Shown here: positions 47,111-62,000 of the stretch, piece after piece
Position numbering within the stretch: position 1 is the first letter of the stretch
Layout: every line of letters starts with the position of its first letter
NCBI RefSeq assembly: GCF_009914755.1
Contig: NC_060927.1
DNA length: 64,000 nucleotides
Source: the human T2T-CHM13v2.0 reference genome, Homo sapiens
Strand: one strand, 5' to 3'
Program-made: the position numbers and the translations under genes
The notes under the pieces: generated by a model
Databases searched by the model: none
Told to the model about the DNA's origin: nothing
The model's input: the letters and a program-made list of their open reading frames with translations, nothing else

Positions 47111-47825
47111 GAAGGTGTTGCAAAACTCATAGAAAGATCTGTGAAATGCAGTATACACAATGTTTACATAAACAAACAAATAAATTGCTCTGTGAAAAAC
47201 AACAGCTAATCAAATTGTTAGACTTTCTATAGACTAGGTAATTTTTTCACTGGGGAGGCTGTACGCCACAGAGGTAAAAAGCATAGACTCAGCAATCAGA
47301 CTGCCGGGGTTGGAATCCTGACTTCACTACTTAGGCACTTCAAGCAAGATATGCAACATCTCTGCTAATTAATTTGTTCATCTGTAAAATGGTGTTTTTG
47401 TGCATTTTGCTTTCATCCTTTTCTCTTGCAGTTTGTTTGCTTGTTTGCCTCCACCTGAATTTCTGGTTGAGAAACTGGTGGTTTGCTATTTTTGTTAAGC
47501 CTCTCATCTTGTGATGATGCCAGGGATGGTTCAGATTTAGTCTGACATTGACGTAGCCCAGTTGTCTGCTAGTGGCTGTCTCTGCTCCCACCACAGCCCT
47601 TGACAATGGCTACAAGCTTCTTTGAAGCTGAATTTTTGGCCAGAGAAGTCCTTTTTATTCCTGGTTTCACAGACGGCCAGTATGTAGCACTCTCAGAACT
47701 TAATTACTCAAGAAAACTCTGAGTATCCTTGCCCCTTAACAATCCAGAGCTCAGTAGTTTCCAGGGCCAGTTCTGCCTTCTACTGTCTACTTCTGTTCTG
47801 TTCCTGGCCTACGTACTTTAGAAAC

Positions 47826-48127
47826 TTGGTTTTTGTTGTTGTTTGTTTGTTTTGAGATGGAGTCTCACTGTGTTGCTTAGGCTGGGGTGCGGTGGCACGA
47901 TCTTGGCTCACTGCAACCTCTGCCTCCTGGATTCAAGCAATTCTCCTGCCTCAACCTCCCAAGTAGCTGGGACTACAGGTGCACGCCACCACACCAGGCT
48001 AATTTTTGTATTTTTAGTAGAGACGGGGTGGTTGGCCAGGCTGGTTTCAAACACCCGACCTCAGGTGATCCACCTGCCTCCGCTTCCAAAGTGCTGGAAT
48101 TACAGGTGTGAGCCACTGTGCCCAGCC
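47826..48127 (-). mobile_element. AluS SINE
   Basis: Dimer, antisense, (TTTG)n tail. Confidence 0.92.
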
Positions 48128-48535
48128 TATAGAAGAGATTTGTATTTTTAAATTAAAACATTTGTTAATCTCTTGTTGATTTTGTTAGAGGGTGTTGTGT
48201 GGGGAGATATTCTGCATTTTACTGATGGGAAGCAAGGCATGCTTCTTAAGATTTTAATTTAAAATGTTACCAATATTACTACTACACGAATGATAACGAA
48301 TGATAATCTCTCTTAGAGCTAACATTTGAGGGCTACTGCCCGTAAAGTTTATATAAGAAAGTAAATTGGAGGTTTGGTGGTTTAAGCACTTAGCCTGGTT
48401 TTGTCAACACTACTTGTGCCATCATAGTCAAATCACTTACTTTTTTTGAGTGTAAACATTCTAATTTATAAAGCTACTGGCATGAGCCAGATAAACTCTG
48501 ATATCCCTTTCATTAAAAAAAAAAAAAAAATGCCA

Positions 48536-48854
48536 GGCCGGGCGTGGTGGCTCATGCCTGTAATCCCAGGACTTTGGGAGGGCAAGGTGGGCAGATCACT
48601 GAAGTCAGGAGTTCAAGACCAGACTGGCCAACATGGCAAAACCCCGCCTCTACTAAAATACAAAAGTTAGCCGGGTGTGGTGGCAGGTACCTGTAATCCC
48701 AGCTACTTGGGAGGCTGAGGCAGGGAGAATTGCTTAAACCCATGAGGTGGAGGTTTCAGTGAGCCAAAATTGGGCCACTGCACTCCAGCCTGGGTGACAG
48801 AGCGAGACTCTATCTCAAAACAAACAAACAAACAAACAAACAAACAAACAAAAA
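48536..48854 (+). mobile_element. AluS SINE with (CAAA)n tail
   Basis: Full dimer. Confidence 0.93.
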
Positions 48855-49069
48855 GAGGTTGTTAACAGGCAAATCATAGGCCTGCTTTGATTTACCCATA
48901 CACAGTCCTTTAATTTTTTAAAAAAATAAACTTTATTTTTTAGAGAAATTTTTGTTCACAGGAAAATTGAGTGAAAATTAGAGTTCCCCTGTCCCATATA
49001 ACCCCTGTGTCCACACATACACAATCTCCCCCATTATCAACATCCTGCACCAGAGTAGTACATTATTTT

Positions 49070-49365
<296 letters not shown>

Positions 49366-49404
49366 CAGTAGTACATTATTATTATTATTATTATTATTAT
49401 TTGG

Positions 49405-49718
<314 letters not shown>

Positions 49719-50339
49719 TAAAAGTCCCCTGGGTTCTATCTATTCATACCTCCCTCCCCACTGACACCTAACAACCACAGATCTTTTTACTGTCTCCATA
49801 ATTCTGCCTTTTCCAGAATGCCATATAGTTGGAATCATGCAGTATGTAGCCTTTTCAGAATGACATTTTTCGCTTCATAACGTGCTTTTAAATTTCCTCC
49901 ATGTGTTTTTATGCTTGATAGTTAATTTCTTTGAGCACTAAATACTATTCCATGTACCACAGTTTGCTTATCTATTCACTCACTGAAGTACATCTTGGTT
50001 GATTCCAAGTTTTGGCAATTGTGAATAAAGCATCTATAAATATCCCTGTTCAGGTTTCTGTGTGTATATAAATTTTTAACTTTTTTAGGTGAATACTAAA
50101 GAGCACAGTTGCTGAATTGTATGGTAAAAAAGTATGTTCACTTTTGTAAGAAACTGCTGAACTGCCTTCCAAAGTGGCTGTACCAGTTTTCATTCTCATC
50201 AGCAATGAATGAGCATTCCTGCTACTCTACATCCTCAATAGCAGTTGATGTTGTATTTTGTTTTTAGTCATTCCAATGATGTGTAGTGCTATCTCATTGT
50301 TATATTTATTTCCAATTCTCTAATGACATATGAAGTTGA

Positions 50340-50750
<411 letters not shown>

Positions 50751-51780
50751 TTATTGTTGAGTTTTAAGAGCTCTTTGTATATTTTGGGTAACAGTTATTT
50801 ATCAGATGTGTAATTTGCAAATATTTTCTCCCAGTCTGTTTCTTGGGTTCTCATTCTCTTGACATAAGCATATACATGTATATACACATGTACATATACA
50901 TTTCTTTTCCTAGATAATGTCTTTGGTGTTGTATCTAAAACATCATTATTATACTCAAGGTCCATTAGGTTTTCTCCTATGTTATTTTGTAGAAGTTTTA
51001 TAGTTTTGCATCTTACATTTAAGTCTATTATATGCTTAGAGTAATTTTTTTTCAAGGTGTAAGGTCCATGTCTAGATTTATTGTTTTTTTACATGTGGAT
51101 TTCCAGTTGCTCCAGCATCATTTATTGAAAAAAAACTTCTTTTAAATATTTTAATGCTGGTTCCCAGCATTTAAAAATCAGGAGATTTTACCTAAAAATC
51201 AGTTGTTCATCTTCCCTTGAAAAAAAATTTAAAGAACTGGAAACACACAGTCCACCTTGCCACATGGTGCCCATAGTAGGCACTAAGTAGTGTTAGCCTC
51301 TATTAGCTGGGTCATATATTCCATGGGCTCCTCATTCCTTATTGTATTCTATATTCTCAATGTGTTGATTCATTTATGTTACTTCATGGCCTCCACAGGC
51401 ATTTGAGTTTAGGCTGATAGTTCTCTAACTTTCGTTTGTACAAGAACCACCAATGGAGATGAAAAACCATGAGTGTCATCTCTAGAGATTCTAATTCATC
51501 AGGTCTCTGGTAGAGTCAAATAATCTGTATGTTGCTGAAACAGCATCACAGATGATGTATCTGATAGAAACTGTGGCCTTCAATAGTTGCTGCTTTAGGC
51601 TATTTTACACAGCAATTGTCTTACTACCTTGGATGTTAAAACATGAATTTCTAATAGATAGACCACAAACAGTTTTAATAAATAAAATATCACTTGTTGC
51701 CCTACATGTGCCTTGTCTTTAAATCAATGATTCTTAACTTGGAACCTTCCTAAAAGAGCTTCATGTTTTGTATATGAACA

Positions 51781-52185
51781 TGTGGCAGACACTGTTGGAT
51801 TTTGTTTGAGGGACGCAATGAACCCCACTAGAAATTCACATTTCTCAGCCTCCCTTGCAGCTAGGACTACACATGTGACACATTCTGGCCAGTAGAACAT
51901 AGGCAGAAGTTACTGGATAAAAGGAATTTACTCAACTGCAGAAAGCTTTTGCCCTCTATCCTTTCCTTTTTCCCTGTCTGAAATACAGATTCATGTTGGA
52001 AGTGGAGCATATGTCTTGTTAAAGGTTGCGGAGCAGAAAAGTGAAAGGCCACAGGTCTGCTTGTATTGTGGAACTGCTGTAACCAGTCCTATATTGCTTA
52101 ACTCTGGGGAAAAAAAATCTCCTACTTTGCTCAAGTGACTGGTCTGGTTTTCTTTTTTTCATTGTCAAATTCTATCTTAACTGGC
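51781..52185 (+). mobile_element. Old MaLR LTR (MLT1H-K-like)
   Basis: tgtggcagacactgttgg...cagcctcccttgcagctagg...catgtgac. Confidence 0.7.
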
Positions 52186-53279
52186 AGAGTACATTTTCCC
52201 TCTGGAAAAGGTTCCCTTTCATCACATTTTCAAAGGGATTTATGATCCTTACAATAAAGAAAAACTTATTTTCTCACATGCTTTGGTTAGGACATTATAT
52301 TGGAATTCACAAAACAAATTAATCAGTGCACCAAAGCTTATATTTTCTAAAGAAAGTTGTATCAGTCAGAATTAATTTATTTGAGAGGAGATGGAATGAA
52401 ACTTCAGCATACATTTATTCCAACATCTGAAATACCTAAGTAAAGCAGGGATAGTTCTTCATAGAAAGTGACAAGAAATACTAATGATTTACTATATTTA
52501 TATTATTCTTTGTATTTTTCAAGACACTTTCAAATGAAATGCGTGGACCTGTGCCTTGGTGACAATATTCAAAAGTGTATTGTGCTATCTAATAATATTT
52601 TTCATTTAAATTGTTTTTCTTTAATTTGCTAGTCAATATGTTCTACTAGAAGAAAAATCAAACTATTTCATAGTGCCAAGGTTAGAAGGAGCAGTACAAG
52701 TCATCTACTGTCTAGACTGCTGAGTTGCTGTAAAATTTGGCTATAACCAAACACCTTTGGTCAAAAGTATTAAATGTGAAGATGAGGATTCATGAAAGGT
52801 GGAGTATTGCAGGGTGTCAGGGCAGGGGGAGGGGAGTGGAAGCAACTCATCTCAAGAGAACACAGCAATCCCAGAGTAGACGAATACAGAGAGGAAAGAG
52901 GAAGGACACATTTTTCAGGTAGCAAAGCCCTGTCTTAGCAGGCTTGGCGAAGATGAAAGTGGAGGTACAGTACAGGAAGCTTTCAGTTTCAACTTGGAAA
53001 TCTGTCTGTCTTTTTTGTTGTTGTTTATTGCTGCTTAGTTTCTGAGGGTCTCTGTCTCACATTCTTAGAATAACCAGATGGCTGAAAGCTCTGGGTGGAG
53101 TCAGTTGTCATCTGAGAGGGCTCTTATAGCAAGAAAGCTCCAACTCTGGCCATGAAATCACCGATTCTGGCCATGCCGTTGGGCTGATTCTCTCACAGTT
53201 GTTTCCTCATTGATCACAAAGGTGCTTAAGAGTTATAACATTTCATAACATCACAGCTAGAAGGGACCTTAGAAATCAT

Positions 53280-53560
53280 CTAGCCCGGAGTTTCCTAAAC
53301 TGTATTCCATACATTTGTGTGGACATTTGTGAAGAAAAGTTTATGTCATCAAGTGAGTTAGCTACTATCAGAGCTAAGCAGGTTTCTTAGTGCAGGACTT
53401 CCAACAGTTTTCAATGTGTTTAATGTGCATTATGAATTTCCAACAGGGGAATATAGTATGCAGGGCTTCTCAAAATGTTTTCATCATGGATCACAATTTT
53501 TTTGGTCTACAAATTTACTCACAGGATTGGGGCACAGGATACACATTGGGAATGCTGATC
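53280..53560. mobile_element. Old hAT-Charlie element (Charlie4-like)
   Basis: caggtttcttagtgcaggactt...tgtgcattatgaatttccaacagggggaatatagtatgcag. Confidence 0.6.
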
Positions 53561-54090
53561 TAGTGGAAGCCACTTAATATTCTGTGGTTAGTATTCAAGT
53601 CATTTTGACTTTGTACAAAATAATGTGAAAATTTTAGCTTTATAGCCCATGTGTGAATTTCTCTTAGGATGCATATAAACTCCTTGGGGGTGGAAGATAA
53701 GGCCCCTCAGAACACTGGTGTCAGCAGGAACCTAAGGAACAATGAAATAAAAATGGTTATCGTTCTGCATGACAAAATAAGGGGAATCCGTTTTTTTCTT
53801 TTGAGAGATAAAGAGAGTCTAGGGAGAAAGGAAACAGTGAGGTGAGGTGAGGAAGAAAACCAGATGAGGTGAAGGGCCTCAGAAATGTCCCAGAATTAGG
53901 TTCTAAAGGACTGGAGGCTGCCTGCTATTTACTGTGAAGTTGCTCCTATTGTTATAATTTAAACCTCCTCTGTCATTCTCAAGTGTTTAGGAAAGTCATT
54001 TTTGGCCACAAATGCAGTGTTTAAAAGAGTATTTTCAGTGGAAATCCATGAAAGATCTGGATTTCATATCTGTATCAAAGCAGTGAAAAA

Positions 54091-54571
<481 letters not shown>

Positions 54572-54689
54572 CTACATTACCAGCATCATCAGATCTCAAT
54601 GGACATCTAGGGATATTACACACATATATTATCATCACCCACGCCAGGGTTAGGATGCATTGCTGCCAGAATTAATACAACAATAAATT

Positions 54690-55090
54690 AGGACAAATAA
54701 CCTATAATAGAGACTAGCTAACTAGTCACAAACCATTCCTTCTTTCTCCTTGGAACCAGCTAGACTATATTTCTTAGCTTGTCTTACAGTTAGGTGTGAC
54801 CATATGATTGATTTCTTGCCAATGGAATGTAAGCAGAAATGATAGGTGCCACCTCCAGACCTTGCCCATAGAAACCTTTCTCACACAAATTTCTATATTC
54901 TTTCTCATTTGACCAATTTGATATAGCCAAGTGCTGTGACATTGAAAACACTGCATGCAAAAGATGGAAAAACCACAAAGAAGAAAAAGCCAGGGCCTCC
55001 AACTCACCAGTTAGAGGAACACTGTGCAAAAATCAGGATAGCCATGTGGACTAGATCTGAGTAAGCGGAATGTTATTGATTTAGTGCCTC
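54690..55090 (+). mobile_element. Old MaLR LTR (MLT1H-J-like)
   Basis: cagttaggtgtgaccatatgattgatttcttgccaatggaatgtaagcagaa. Confidence 0.7.
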
Positions 55091-55164
55091 TCAGCTTCAA
55101 GTTCAGTATTTCTTTATATTACTCAGTGAAAATGGGTTTGGGCTCTTTAAATATTTTTCCACTG

Positions 55165-55948
55165 CTTTTGTTGCGATTGCTTTTGACATCTTCGTCATGA
55201 AATCTTTGCCCGTGCCTATCTTTTGAATGGTATTGCCTAGATTTTCTTCCAGGGTTGTTATAGTTTCAGATTTTACATTAAGTCTTTAATCCATCTTGAC
55301 TTGATTTCTGTATACTGTGTAAGGGAAAAGTCCAGTTTCAATTTTCTGCATATGGCTAGCCAGTTCTCCCAGCACCATTTATTAAATAGAGAATCCTTTA
55401 CCCATTGCTTGTTTTTGTCAGGTTTGTCGAGGATCAGATGGTTGTAGGTGTGCAGTCTTATTTCTAAGTTCTCCATTCTGTTCCATTGGTCTATGTATCT
55501 GTTTTTGTACCAGTACCATGCTGTTTTGGTTACTGCAGCCTTGTAGTATAATTTCAAGTTGGGTAGTGTGATTCCTCCAGCTTTGTTCTTTTTGTTTAGG
55601 ATTGTTTTGGTTATTTGGGCTCTTTTTTGGTTCCATATGAATTTTAAAATAGATTTTTTCAAATTCTGTGAAGAATCTCAATGGTAGTTTAATAGGAATA
55701 GCACTGAATTTATAAATTGCTTTGGGCAGTATGGCCATTTTCACAATATTGATTCTTCCTATCCATGAGCATGGAATGTTTTTCCATTTGTTTTCGTCAT
55801 CTCTGATTTCTTTGAGAAGTGGTGTGTAGTTCTCCTTGAAGAGGTCCTTCACTCCCCTTGTTAGCTGTATTCCTAGGCATTTTTTTCTTTTTGTGGCAAT
55901 TGTGAATGGGAGTTCATCCATGATTTGGCTCTTGGCTTGCCTGTTGTT
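55165..55948 (-). mobile_element. Internal L1PA ORF2 fragment
   Basis: [22 protein letters not shown]; [13 protein letters not shown]. Confidence 0.9.
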
Positions 55949-57660
55949 GTACACCACATTTTCCTTATCCATTTGTTCATTGATGGACACTTAGGTAAAA
56001 TCCATATTGTGATTATTGTGAATAGTGCTACATGTTTATTGGCGTGCACATATCTTTTCAACACACTGATTTTATTTCCTTTGGTTAAACAACCAGGAGA
56101 GGAATTGCTGGATCATATGGTATTTCTGTTTTTAATTTTTTGAGGAAACTCCACACTGTTTTCCATAATGGCTGTACCAATTTACATTTCTACCAACAGT
56201 GTACAACAGTTTCCACTTCCATGTCAACATTTGTTATTTTTTGCCTTTTTGCTAATGTTCATTCTAGTTGGGATGAGGCGATATCTCATTGCAGTTTTGA
56301 TTTGTATTTCCTTGATGATTGTGATGTCAAGCATATTTTCATGTATCTATTGGCCGTCTATCTATATACCTTTTTTATAAATATCTGTTCAGGTCCTTTG
56401 GCCACTGAATAAATAAATAAATATATAAATATATATCCATATATCTTCTTTATAAATATCTATTCAAGTCCTTTGGCCCCAGAAGCAAATAAATAAATCA
56501 ATTTATTTGCTTCTTTGAGTTCATTTATATTCTGGATATTAACTCCTTGCAAGATGCATAGTTTGCAAATATTTTCTCCATTCTGTGGGTTGTCTCTTTA
56601 CTCTGTTGACTATTTCCTTTGTTGTGCAGAAGCTTTTTATTTAGATGTCATCCCTTTTGTCTATTTTTGCTTTTGTTGCCTGTGGTTTTGAACTCTTATC
56701 CAAAAATCTCCTTGCCTGGATCAGTGTAATGAAGGATTTTCCTTTGTTTTCTTCTAGTAGTTTCATAGAATTGGGTCTTACATTTACGCTTTTAATTCAT
56801 TTTGAGTTGGTTTTTGCATACAGTAAGATATAGGGGCCTAGTTTCATTTTTCTGCATATGAATATCCAGTTTTCCCAGCACCATTTATTAAAGTCTGTCC
56901 TTTCCCCAATGTTTGGCACCTTTGTCAAAAAAAAAAAAATGTGATTGTGAAGTATGTGGATTTATTTCTGTGTTCTCTATTTTGTTCTATGTATCTATTT
57001 TTATGCCAACATTATGCTGTTTTGGTTACTATAGTTTTGTAGAATATTTTGAAGTTTGGTAGTAAAATGCCTCAAGCTTTATTTTTTTGTTTGTTTTTTT
57101 GCTCAAGATTACTTTGGCTATTTGAGATCTTGTATGTTTCCATATGAATTTTGGGATTTTTTTCCTATTTCTGTGAAGAATGTCATTGATATTTTGATAG
57201 AGATTACACTGAATATGTAAATCACTTTGGAAAGTATGAACATTTTAACAATATTAATTCTTCCAATCCATGAACATAAGATATCTTTCCATTTATTTGT
57301 GTGATCTTCAATTTCTTTCATCAATGTTTTACAGTTTTATTGTCTAGACATTTTACCTCCTTGGTTCAATTTATTTCTTGTTATTCAATTTTTTGTAGCT
57401 ATTGTAAATGGGATTGCTTTATTGATTTTTTCAGATACTTTGCTATTGGCATATGGAAACACTACTTATTTTTGTATATTGATTTTGTATCCTGTAACTG
57501 TACTGAATTTATTTATTAGTTCTAATCAATTTTTTTGTGAAGTCTTTAGGCTTTTCTATATATCGTATATGGACATGTCATCTACCAACAGGGACAATTT
57601 GACCTCCCTCTTTTCAATTTGGGTGGCCTTTATTTCCTTCTCTTGCTGAATTTCTCTGGA
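55949..57660 (-). mobile_element. L1MA-like fragment
   Basis: Antisense ORF2 3' half ([18 protein letters not shown]). Confidence 0.85.
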
Positions 57661-57729
57661 AACTGCCCAATCTTTAGTGTATTTAATTTGATTGGAACTT
57701 TGAAGAGGTGGGAAATATTTAAACAGCAT

Positions 57730-59030
57730 TTTTTTTCCATGAAAAGTTTTTAATTGTGGTAAAATATTCATAGCATAAAATTAACCAAATTAATTATTTT
57801 TAAATGAATATTTTAGTGGCATAAGTATGTTTACATTGTTGTGCAACCATCATCATCACCCATCTCCAGAACTCTTTTTATCTTGCAAAACTGTACCCAT
57901 TAAAAAATAGCTCCACATTTTTCTTTCCTCTCAGCCCCTGGAAATGAACAATTTATTTCCTCTCTATATAAATTCCCTGCTGACTCCAGGAAACATATGC
58001 ATACAGTATATTCCTGGGGAAAGGACAGTCTTCCGTAAATGGTGCTGGGAAAATGGGCTATTCATATGCAGAAAAATGAAACTAGGCCTCTATATCTCAC
58101 CATTTTGAGTTGCAAAAACCAATTCAAAATGGATTAAAAGCTTAAATGTAAGACCCAATCTACTCTCTCTATAAATTTGCCCACTCCAGGAAACTTATAT
58201 ACATACAGTTGTAGATGACATGACCATACACAAACACACACACACCACACACAAGTATTTGTCCTTTTGTGACTGGTTTATTTTATTTAGCATGATGTCC
58301 TCAAGGTTTGTTCAAGTTGTAGTGTGTGCTAAAATTTTCTCCTTTTTTAAGTCTGAATAATGCTCCATTGTCTGTATTGCAAAAGCTGTCAGAATCAAAA
58401 TGGAGTCACTTGTGTTAAAACCCTGACAAGCAGAGCAAGTGAAGGCCATGAAGAGAGGGTTCTCACGCATGTATACCTGATAACAAGAACTATCACAAGA
58501 CTGCAAAAAACCACAACCTTGCACAAAGGCCACACAACCTTACAAAAAATTACTTGGGTGACAACATCTGCCCAGGTACTGTCTGTCCAACCTTGGACTG
58601 ATGCCATCTTTGTTATTGATCATTGTAATCAAGAATAATTATCTCAAAACAATTAAGTAGTCTTCATTTTGCCTTTAAAAACTTCCCCTTACCTCAACCT
58701 CTTTGAATATGCACGTAGTTTACCATGGCACACATATGCTCATCACAATGCTACTTCCAATAAATACCATTTTCCTTTAGAGAGCCTATTTCTCTGTTAG
58801 TTAGTTTGACAGTATATACTGCATTTTGTTTACCCATTTAACTGTTGATAAATGGAACAACTGTTGATAGACACTTGGGTTGCTTCCACCTTTTGGCTAT
58901 TGTGAATAATGCTAGTGTGAACATGGGTGTGAAAATATCTCTTGAGTCCCAGTTTTCAATTCTTTTGTCTGTGTAGGCAGAAGTAAAATTGCTGGATAGT
59001 ATGGTAATTTTATTTTTATTATTTTATTTA
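57730..59030 (-). mobile_element. L1MB-like 3' end with nested insertions
   Basis: acattgttgtgcaaccatcatcatcacccatctccagaactc; probable TSD aaacagcat at 57721 and 59033. Confidence 0.85.
58378..58811 (+). mobile_element. ERV1-class solo LTR (MER39/MER93-like)
   Basis: TG...CA ends; cagaatcaaaatggagtcact; aataaa; 4-bp TSD gtat. Confidence 0.85.
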
Positions 59031-59039
59031 ACAAACAGC

Positions 59040-62000
59040 ATATTGTAACTCTTCTAGTTAATGTAAGGATTATCTGAGTCAGTATATGATCACTAATACC
59101 TTCAGAAAAAATGGAAAATTTTGAAGTAAGCAGCTACTCAATTGTGAAACCCACAGAAGAAATGTATTTTTATGTACCTTCTCCAGAAGAGGTCATAATT
59201 AATTTCATACAATAACATGGCTTCTCTCAGAGCACCTGTTATTGAACTACAGTGTTAATTCATGAAGGCATAAATATGACAAGAATTAAAGTTTTATACT
59301 GTTTGCTAATATCACTTTGTCAACACACTCTTGAAACCCTAAATCTGGGACATTTAAACCCTGTCCACTCATTTTAAAGCTAATCCTTACCCAAGACCAT
59401 GGAGCCTATGCTATTACTAGTTACGAGTACTTCAAAGAACATCTGTTCAGTGGTTGGCTCAGCATCAATTCAGCCATTTTATTCACGACCATATTAATTG
59501 TCTATAAGGACACCAGAGTGGGTTTTAGCTTTATTCAGCCTAATAAAGCTGTATAGGCTTACTCAGCAAAAATGTTATTAGCTTTAAGAAAGAATAAAGT
59601 ACACACTTATGCATAAAAACAGTGTCATGTAGGCCACAAGCTCCCAGATGCTTCTTCATGATCACTGTTACCACATGGGATATGCTTCCATCATGTGGGA
59701 TAAGAACCAGCAGGCATTTGAGTCATATCAGCACAGGACAGCCCCAGGGGCTTGGATATTTTCAGTTTAAATACTTTGCTAGTCTTCTTGGATTTAGCTC
59801 TCATTCTTTAATTTAGCTGTGGTCCATAATTTACCAGATAATATAATAGACAAACCTGACAACCAGATACCATATGCTCAGGGACATTTATTTCCAATCA
59901 GACACATTCTTTTAGTTGATGTTGCAAGCAATTTGTCCAATGGCCAAGTTTTACTGAAGTGTTCCTGTAACTAGAGGAGAGGATTGAGTGTCCAGGGGTT
60001 AACCCATTCCTTCCAGGGTATTGTCCAAAAGAGATGGGCTCACATAATTTTTCTGTGACACAATTTTACATACTGTAATTTCAGTCACATCACTTTTACT
60101 TGTGTTCATATATTTACAACCCAAAAGTCATCAACTTTTATTTAGAATCAGGGGGTACATGTGCAGGTTTGTTACAAAGGTATATTATGTGACGCTGAAG
60201 TTTGGAGTATGAATGAATCCATCACCCAATAATTGATCATAGTTCACAATAAGTAGATTTGCAACCCTTTCCCCACTTCCTCCCTCCCACCTCTTTTATT
60301 CCCCAGTGTTTATTGTTCCTGTCTTTATGTCCATATGTATTCAGTGTTTATCTCGCACTTATAAGTGAGAACCTACAGTATTTGTTTTGCTGTTTGCATT
60401 AATTCACTTAGGATAATGGCGTCCAGCCACATCCATGTTGCTGCAAAAGAGATGACTTCATTCTTTTTTTTTAACGGTTGCATAGTATTCCATCATGCAT
60501 ACGTACTACATTTTTAAAAAAATCCAGTTCACTGTTGATGGGCACCTAGGTTGATTCCAAGTCTTTGCTATTGTGAGTAGTGCTGTGATGAACATGTGTG
60601 TGTGTCTTTTTAGTAGCACAATTTATTTTCCCTTGGGTATATACTAAGTAATGGGATTGCTGGGTCCAATGGTAGTTCAACTCTTAGTTCTGTGAGAAAT
60701 CTCCAAACTATTCTCCACAGCAGCTAAACTAATTTACATTCCCACTAACAGTATGTAAGTGTCCCTTTTCTCCACAGCCTTACCAGCATCTGTTATTTTT
60801 TGACTTTAGCAGAAGCCATTCTGACTGATGTGAGATAGTATCTCATTGTGGTGTTAATTTGCATTTCTCTGATGATTAGTGATAATGAGCATTTTATCAA
60901 GTTTGTTACCACTTATATGTCTTCTTTCGAGAAGTGTCTGTTCGTATTATTTGCTCATTTTATCATTGGGTTGTTTTTGCTTGTTAATTTCTTTAAGTTC
61001 TTCATAGATTTTGGATATTAGACCTTTGTGAGATGCATAGGTCTAATATTTTCTCCCATTCTATAAGTTGTTTGTTTACTCCCTTGATAGTTTCTTTTGC
61101 TGTGCAGAAGCCCGGTACTTTAATTAGATCCTATGTGTCAATTTTTGTTTTTGTTACAATTGCTTTTGAGAATTTAGCTAAAAATTCTTCGCCAAAGCTG
61201 TTATTGAGGAGAATATTTCCTAAAATTTCCTCTAGGACTTTTATAGTTTGAGATTTTACATTTGAGTCTTTAATCCATCTAGAGTTAATTTTTTTATATG
61301 GTGATAGGTAGGTGTATCCTATCACCAGTACATGGTGATAGGATTTACCCATCACCAGTTTCATTCTTCTGTATATGGATAGCCAGTTATCCCAGTACCA
61401 TTTATTGAATAGGGAGTCTTCTCTATTGTTTATTTTTATCAACTTTGTCAAAGATCAGATGGTTGCAGATGTGGGGCTTTATTTCTGGGTTTTTTATTCT
61501 GTTTCATTGGTCTGTCTATTTTTTCTACCAGTACCATGCTGTTTTGGTTACTGTAGACCTGTAGTATAGTCTGAAGTCAGCTAATGTGATGCCTTCAGCA
61601 TTGTTCTTTTTGCTTAGGATAGCTTTGGATTTTTTTTGGGCTGTTCTTTGATTCCAAATAAATTTTAGAATTTTTTTTTGAATTATATGAAAAATAATGT
61701 TGTTAGTTTAATAGGAATAGCATTGAATCTATAAATTACTTTAAAGCTATCTTAATTTCTAGAAGAGTGGAACTGTGTTTTCATCAATTCTTCCAAGCCT
61801 TGTATTCTGGTTACTGAATTTCAGACTTGCATTGAGGGCTTCATATCACCTGATCTTACAATTGTATCTACCTAACTACCTGCCTACTTAAATAAATTCA
61901 TGTTCTAGGAGATCCTTGGTCAGAGTATCCTTTCTAGGTTTGATTTCCCTAACCTTCAATATATGCCCTTCTGATGAAAGTGTCGTCACTGCTCTGGCAC

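Noticed and set aside
59005-59035. Apparent polyA tail for the G-like segment
   Set aside because: The T-rich run belongs to the L1MB end, bounded by TSD aaacagcat
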